A stretch of 64,000 nucleotides of DNA from Prasinococcaceae sp. CCMP 1430. Lineage: Eukaryota; Plantae; Prasinodermophyta. The position numbers were made by a program, and so were the translations under genes. The notes beneath the pieces were generated by a model. It had not been told where the DNA came from, searched no databases, and saw only the letters and a program-made list of their open reading frames with translations. Where the stretch lies: the NCBI GenBank assembly GCA_013416795.1, contig RQSC01000030.1, positions 133,760-197,759 of the forward strand, written 5' to 3'. Positions 58,031 to 64,000 of this stretch are shown here, in pieces (position 1 is the first letter of the stretch; the number at the start of each line of letters is the position of its first letter).

Positions 58031-60034
58031 ATGGCGGTAATGGCGACCGTGACAGCGGCGGCAGTGCTGGTGGCTTTCGCGCGGACAGCCTCGGCTGTGG
58101 GGAGTTCGCCGCACTTGTCGCCTGAGGACGCTGCAGGTGGCGGGAGCACCCCGAGCACCGCGGCGCAGCGTCAGCAACAGCCTGAGCAGGGAAGCGCCGT
58201 GCCACAAGGCGACGGCAGTGGTGGAGGTGAGGATTCGACGGCGGCGGAAGTGGGAGACGGCGCAACGACGGGCATGCAGCTGTCGCAGGAACAAATTACG
58301 GCAGCTCTTTTCGCCACCGACCGCCTGCGTTCGCCGCGATGTCCTACGTTGAAGGGAGATACGGGCGCGTCGAGTCTGCAGTCCGAGTCCGCGAACGGCA
58401 CGGACGCCGGCGGGGAGAGCGGAGCCGGCGAGGACCAACAAGAGGGCAGTGGGGGCGAGGAAGGCCCCGTGCTGCCGGTGTGCATTTCAGTGCACCAGAT
58501 TCCGCCTCGGCAGGGCACAAACGACAGCGCCGACGATGCGCCGCCGTTGCTAGAGGAAATCGGTGTGGAGGGTGCGAATGGAGAGGCCAACTTGACCGCT
58601 CCAACCGACGACCAAAACGTCGTCTGGGCCATCAGCCTGTCGCTCAGTGTGCCAATCGAGGCGTTCAGCTTGCGGTTTGCGCTTCTGGAGGACACACGCC
58701 TGAGCGGCGCCGGTGGTGCTGCCGGTGACGTGCAGTCGCCATCTGGCTCGCCCCATACTGGGTCGCACCAGTTCGCCAACGCCGACTTCTCGGGTGGCTT
58801 CTCTGGCGCCGCTCTGGCTGCCGCGCTCTCAACTAGGACTGTCACAGACGACTGGGATGTCGATCCACCGAATGGGGGACAATTTGTGCCAAAGGTCGAG
58901 CTGTCGACGCCGTATTGGACGTTTGACGCGCGCTCCGTGCAGTCAGAAACGATACCGGGGGCAGCAGCCGCCGAAGGAAGCGCCTTAGGCGGCCAAGACG
59001 ACGGCATGGACAACGAGATGCAAGGTGCAAACACTGATGCCGCCGAAGGCTCTGGCACTGCTGCGACCCATGGTGGCAGCGACGGCGATGCGGACAATGC
59101 TGTGACTGCTGAGCACAAGAGCAGCGCCGACGACGTGGTGGCTGTCACGGCCACTCAGCTCCTGGAGATCCACGCACATCGCGTGAAACCCGAAGGAGGC
59201 AAGAAGCTGCAGGCGCCGGGCGCCAGCCCGCTGCTCTATTTTCGCCTGCCCGCAGAACACGTCACCACTTTACTGGAAGACGGCACGCGCGTCGTCACGC
59301 ACTCGCTGTGCGTATTTGATGCGACCTTCATCGACACTCTTGAGGCCGCGGCGTCGCTCGAGTGGTCGGGCGGCGGCTCCAGATGCACCCTCGTGCCCCC
59401 TCTTTCGGGCGAGCGTCCGCAGCAACCAATTCCAAGCCCGCCGGCGCCACCACTCGCAGTTGACCAGGATGAGTCCACGCCAGACGTAGTGCTGGAGCTT
59501 TCTTTCGAGGGCGACGGCACTGCCGGCATCGGCGCGGCCGGCGGTGGCGACGGCGATGGAAGCGGCGTCCTCGGCGGAGCTGCGATCGGAGGGGACGGCG
59601 TCGGCGCGCCGTTGGCGCCAGGGATGCCGCCCGCTGAGCAAGTCATCCTCGCCGTCAACGTGATAAGCGCCAATGCTCCAATCATGGTGCTCGCGTTCAC
59701 GCTCGTTGACGCAGACAACACCTCCGTGCCCATACTGAGCGCTGGCGGAGGGCAGGCCGCATCTCTCGGATACGCCGTCAGCGTGAGCCGCCAATTCGGT
59801 CTCTTCCAGGCTGTCTGTCTCACCGGCGACCTCGCGCCTGGTCTGGCAGGTGAAGATGGAAGCGGCGGCGCGCCGTGCGAGCCCCTCCAACCCAACCAGG
59901 CGGGCGAGAACGCCTTGCGGCTTGTCGCGCTGGTGCTGTCGCCGAACCCAAACACCAGCCTGCCCCTGCGCCTCGAGAACGCAGTCGGCGTGTCGGACAG
60001 CGGGGGCATGCTCACCGTGGCGTCGAGTCCGTAG
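58031..60034 (+). CDS. Secreted acidic protein with two divergent cohesin-like beta-sandwich modules
   Basis: Signal-like MAVMATVTAAAVLVAFARTASA, intronless, with G/S/D/E-rich linkers. Two beta-rich modules: LSLSVPIEAFSLRF..LCVFDATFID and ANAPIMVLAFTL..SAGGGQAASLGYAVSVS..LENAVGVSDSGG. Confidence 0.65.
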   Translation: MAVMATVTAAAVLVAFARTASAVGSSPHLSPEDAAGGGSTPSTAAQRQQQPEQGSAVPQGDGSGGGEDSTAAEVGDGATTGMQLSQEQITAALFATDRLRSPRCPTLKGDTGASSLQSESANGTDAGGESGAGEDQQEGSGGEEGPVLPVCISVHQIPPRQGTNDSADDAPPLLEEIGVEGANGEANLTAPTDDQNVVWAISLSLSVPIEAFSLRFALLEDTRLSGAGGAAGDVQSPSGSPHTGSHQFANADFSGGFSGAALAAALSTRTVTDDWDVDPPNGGQFVPKVELSTPYWTFDARSVQSETIPGAAAAEGSALGGQDDGMDNEMQGANTDAAEGSGTAATHGGSDGDADNAVTAEHKSSADDVVAVTATQLLEIHAHRVKPEGGKKLQAPGASPLLYFRLPAEHVTTLLEDGTRVVTHSLCVFDATFIDTLEAAASLEWSGGGSRCTLVPPLSGERPQQPIPSPPAPPLAVDQDESTPDVVLELSFEGDGTAGIGAAGGGDGDGSGVLGGAAIGGDGVGAPLAPGMPPAEQVILAVNVISANAPIMVLAFTLVDADNTSVPILSAGGGQAASLGYAVSVSRQFGLFQAVCLTGDLAPGLAGEDGSGGAPCEPLQPNQAGENALRLVALVLSPNPNTSLPLRLENAVGVSDSGGMLTVASSP

Positions 60035-60178
60035 CGGCTCGCCACAGCCAGATGTTTGGTAATTCTCGACTGGGCGAAAAACGGGCGAAAGTTGGCGGGG
60101 GGGCACACACCTGCCTGCGCTCGCACGCGCCTGCGTGCGCTCGCCACTCGGCGCGCGCGCCTCGGCGCGCGCGCCGCG

Positions 60179-61230
60179 ATGGCGTCGTGGACCATCGAGC
60201 CGCCGCCGCGCCGCAGCAAGCTTGCGACGGGCGAGGCGGGGGGCGGCGCGCTCCCGGTGCGCACGTCGGAGACGCACCCCATCAGCGTCAGCTGGGTGCT
60301 CGGCAGCCGAGCCGAGGCGCCGCCGCCGTCGTCGGAGGCGGCGGCATGCGCGGGCTCGGGCAGCGGCGGCTCGCTCGCGCTATGCTATTGTCCGGGCAAG
60401 CGCCTCGTGCGCGACGGCGTTGAGTGGCGGCGCGATATGCGCGCCGACGCGCAGGTGCGTGTGTGCGCCCTCGGCAGCGTGGGCGTCAGCGCGCGCGCGC
60501 AAAAAATCGTTGGTGGGACGCGTGAGTGCGCCCAGCCCGCGGGCGGGCGTCCGTGCGTAAGGCATCGCGCGCGCACGCGCGCGCCCGTGGCACTGACGCA
60601 CTCGCTCTGCCGCTCCTTCCGACGCCCGCGCGCCCCAACGCATGCCCCTGCGCAGCGCCTGCGCAAGGACCATGGTCTGGGCGCGCTTGTGTGCCTCGTG
60701 AGTGACTTCGAGCTGCGCGCACTGGGTGTGGATACGCGAGCATACGCGGCCGAGCTCGCGGCCGCTGGCATCGAGTCGGTACGCTTCCCGATCGTGGAGA
60801 TGGCGGCGCCGGATTCCGTCGCCGAGACGCGAGCGCTGCTCGAGCGGGTGCTCGAGATGATGGGTCCGTCGTGCGCGCGCACCCAAGCCACCTCGTGAGC
60901 ATGCGCGCACACGCGCTGCGCTGCGCGCGACCCGCACTTGCGGCACCCTTTGACGTGCTCGGCGCCGACGCCCTGACGCCCTCCGCGCTCGCCGGCTCCA
61001 CCGCAGAGCACGGGACCGACGTCGCGCTGCACTGCCGGGGCGGCGTGGGGCGGGCAGGCACCCTCGCGGCGTGCGCGCGGCTCATGCGCGGCGCGGACTC
61101 GGGCTCCGGCGCCGCCATCGCGGCGGTGCGCCGCCTGCGCTGCAAGAGGGCGGTGGAGAGCCGCAGGCAGGAGCAGTTCGTCGCCGCGTTCCTCCGGGCG
61201 ATGATCGCCTGTGAACAGAGGGCGTGCTGA
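60179..61230 (+). CDS. CDKN3-like dual-specificity/tyrosine phosphatase (CX5R)
   Basis: Exons 60179-60454, 60656-60863 and 61007-61230, phase-compatible. RTSETHPISV..LALCYCPGK..WRRDMRADAQ|RL..LVCLVSDFEL..RFPIVEMAAP..VALHCRGGVGRAGTLAAC..AIAAVRRLR..AVES..QEQFV. Confidence 0.88.
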
Positions 61231-61590
61231 CCGCAGCTCGTCGTCGAGCGATGATCGCCTGTGTATTGAGGGCGCGCCCGCTCAAGCGGCTCGTCGCCGA
61301 GCTCGCCAAGGGATGCGGCCGTCGGTGCGACGGCCCACGGCCATCGCCACCGGCCGCAGTGCCGCCGCGGGTGGCGCCCGCCGCACCCCGCGACGACCAG
61401 CGCATGCACCCCGTGGCGTTTGTAAATTTGTTGTTACAGTGTACGTTTGTTTTGCGTCCGGCGGGCGCGGCAGTCACCGCCGCGCGCGCCTCAAACGTTG
61501 CAGTGCTGCGTACCCCCCCTCCTCCTCCGAACCCAATACACGCGCCCAATCCACCTTTGCCCAATGCCCCCCAGCGCGTGCGAGGAGTGC

Positions 61591-61904
61591 TCACAAGTAC
61601 TTCTCGACGGTGGAGGTGAGCGTCGACTTGGGCACGGCGCCGATGACGGTGTCCATCTTCTCCCCGCCCTTGAAGATCATGACCGTCGGAATGCTGCGGA
61701 TGCCGTACTCGGTGGCGACCGACGGCGACTCGTCTGTGTTGAGCTTGACAGCCTTCAGCTTCCCCTCATACTCGCGCGAGAGCTCGTCGATCAGCGGCGC
61801 GATCATGCGGCACGGGCCGCACCACGGCGCCCAGAAGTCCACCAGCACGGGCACGGGGCTCTTCAGCACCTCCTCCTCGAAGTTCGCGTCCGTCACCACC
61901 ATCG
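61591..61904 (-). CDS. TRXM: Plastid thioredoxin m, mature-domain exon; transit-peptide exon not contiguous
   Basis: [94 protein letters not shown]; acceptor cgcacag at 61905. Confidence 0.93.
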
Positions 61905-62316
61905 CTGTGCGAGCGACGCCGGGGACAAGCGCGTGGGCGCGCCGGTGGGGTGGGCGGGTGGGGCGGGAGGGGCGCCCGCGCGGCGTCGCAAAGGTCAGCC
62001 GCTTGCGCACCACACACACACACACACACACAAACGGCGCGCGGGCGGGCGGGCGGGCGGGCGTCGCATCCGCTTTGATGGCGTTTCCCCATCCGCGCGA
62101 GCCGCTCGCGCCCTCTCCGCCCGCCCCCCCCCGAACCCCCCACCCCACCCCGCGGACACCCCGCGGACACCCCTACGCCCATCTCCGCAGCCGCGGCGTC
62201 GGCGCCAGGCACAGCCATCGCACCCACCCACCTATCCCCCCTAGCCACAGGCGCATCCTGGCCCCCGACCAGCTCGCGCTCGCGCGTGCACGTGGCAACG
62301 GCGCGCGCGCACGTAC

Positions 62317-62652
62317 CTTTGGCAGAAAGTACACCCGCCCGGAGTACGTCCGTAGCCTGAGGATGCGCCAGAGGCCGTACAGCGTCAGCCTGACGCCGCC
62401 CATCCAGCGCAGCGTCTCCGACTCGATGTCGACGTCCGAGATGAGGCCCCACGTGGAGCTGAGCACCGCACGCAGGGGCGGCCTCTGGCTCATCGCAGCG
62501 GCGGCGGCAGCAGCCTGCTGCCTGCGGCCCTGCGAAACCAGCATGAGGTCGGCCGGCACGGTGTGGCCGCGCGCAAGCGCGAACGCAGCGTTGGTTGGCG
62601 TGCAGCCGACGCCCGCGCCATCGAGCAGGCTCATTGCGACGGCGTTGCCCGA
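62317..62652 (-). CDS. SPHK: Sphingosine/long-chain-base kinase, internal exon fragment
   Basis: SGNAVAMSL..AFALARGH..PADLMLVSQG..VLSSTWGLISDVDIESETLRWMGGVRLTLYGLWRILRLRTYSGRVYFLPK, then donor gtacgt at 62316. Confidence 0.85.
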
Positions 62653-62653
62653 N

Positions 62654-62696
62654 CGGCGACGCGCGAGGCCGCGGAGAGGCAACGGGTCGTCGCCAT
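62654..62696 (-). CDS. Start of an organelle-targeting peptide, cut at the N at 62653
   Basis: ATG 62696 gives MATTRCLSAASRVA, in good context (gtcATGG). It may be the missing TRX-m first exon. Confidence 0.3.
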
Positions 62697-62954
62697 GACT
62701 GCGGCGGGAGAGGGGGGGGGGGGAAGGGCTGGCGAGGCGGGCGTCGGCCTGCCGCGTGAGCGCGCTGTGCCGCCCGGCCCCACACCCGCGCCCCAGCCCG
62801 CACGCGCGGCGCAAGGCAAAAAAAACACACATTCACTTTCAATTCTGTAACCCGCATTACAATAATATGAAACAAATCAGATATTACGGTATCACCACAT
62901 TTCACAAATCCTTCCCGCGCGGAACGCCCCGGCCGGCCCCGCGCAAAAAAAACT

Positions 62955-63072
62955 TTTTGATTTTGATTTTGATTTTGATTTTCTTTTTCTCTGTCGACGC
63001 GCACACACGCAGTCACACACACACGCACATGCAGTCACACACACACACACACACACACACACATTCACACTA

Positions 63073-63135
<63 letters not shown>

Positions 63136-63170
63136 CACACACACACTGAATATCACACACACACGCACGC
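62955..63170. repeat. (TTTTGA)4 and long (CA)n microsatellites
   Basis: ttttga x4 at 62955-62978; CA tracts at about 63003-63170. Confidence 0.9.
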
Positions 63171-64000
63171 GCGCGCGCGCGCGGGCGCGCGCGCGCGCTG
63201 AGTCAGCGCAAGCCGCGGCCGGCCCGTCCGAAAGCGCGCGCGGTCCCGCGGGATCGACCGCGGATCGAACTTGAGGTTCGCGCCGCCTTCCGCCCGAATG
63301 GTACGTCAAATGAATGCATTTAATAAGGGTTATGCCTTTGGTAGGGTTCGTAATGTGAGGCGGTCGCCTAACGCAGGCGCGCGCCGAAATGCGGCGGCGG
63401 AAAGCGGCGAAAAGATCCGCGGGTTTTCCGGCGCGCCCCGCCGGCGAGCGAGCCCGGCCGGGGCGCCCCGGCGCGGCACAGACCGGAGATATCATAGGGA
63501 AAGCGCCGCGCGACGCGCGCGAAGGGCGGGCGCCCTTCGACGCCGCTTGTACGGGGAACAGATCCGGGCACGCGCGTTCGGAGACGCTGATGACTGCGAC
63601 CCGGCCGGCCGGCCTCGCTCAAGAAGCGACGTTTTCCCCCGAATCCAAATTTCTTCCGTCGATTATGTGAGCACTCGTACGTACTACAAAAAGAGCGGTG
63701 ATGAAAATAATTGTGAAATATGAAAGCATGTGCATTTACACCATCGATGCAGCGGCGGGCCTCCCGGAATTCGGGGAGAGGCGGCACTTAGCCCTAACGC
63801 AGAGAAGAAAATATATCAAAAAACAGACCACGCAAAACATCCGGAGTGAGTTTCGGAAGGGGATTGAATCCTTCATAAGATATGAATGAATTGTGCGAGA
63901 ACTACGGGAAAGGTTTTGGGAGTAGAAGGCGTTTATTTGTATTTTTTTTTTGCGGGGGTCGCGGGGGCGGGCGCCCGCGCGCGCGCCACACTGCGCACGC

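Noticed and set aside
62317-62652. A natural SPHK-thioredoxin fusion gene
   Set aside because: Splice phases are incompatible (0 vs 1) and there is a flanking N junction.
54-64000. rRNA, tRNA, or intact transposase/reverse-transcriptase genes
   Set aside because: No cloverleaf, rRNA-like block, or DDE/RT/integrase motif was recognised in any frame.

Overview
A eukaryotic, very GC-rich and gene-dense window from a green-lineage alga. LhcbM-type antenna protein, PSB28 and thioredoxin m point to Viridiplantae; it looks prasinophyte-like but the exact taxon cannot be fixed. Introns are short GT-AG type and often filled with (CA)n or (CG)n repeats. About 35 genes or gene fragments are recognisable, including EMC8/9, MPS1 with an N-terminal TPR domain, an animal-type sialic acid synthase (NANS), WDR31, a cNMP-domain AGC kinase, SNF8/VPS22, an RI-type LRR protein, a C2 protein, a 15.7 kb intronless BIG/UBR4, ORC5, OsmC, a bacterial-type GNAT, PSB28, ADF, P5CR, an ABCF fragment, LHCB, a CDKN3-like phosphatase, TRX-m and a sphingosine kinase fragment. 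The strongest findings are (1) an ER PDI-like selenoprotein whose inferred UGA(Sec) codon is split by an intron, with a canonical SECIS hairpin in its 3' UTR (54361-55252), (2) a 7-TM gustatory-receptor-like (GRL/7TMIC/DUF3537-type) channel candidate (44250-46064), and (3) NANS in a green alga. The assembly is fragmented. N gaps lie at 3431-4033, 6312-6318, 7105, 11661-12023, 32394-33250, 37843-38410, 39933, 47599-48545, 53938, 57538-57765 and 62653. There are also several ungapped junctions where unrelated gene halves are fused at GC-rich microhomology, so gene adjacency across those points should not be trusted. No rRNA, tRNA, CRISPR array or intact transposon was found. All family calls come from motif recognition by eye; no database searches were run.
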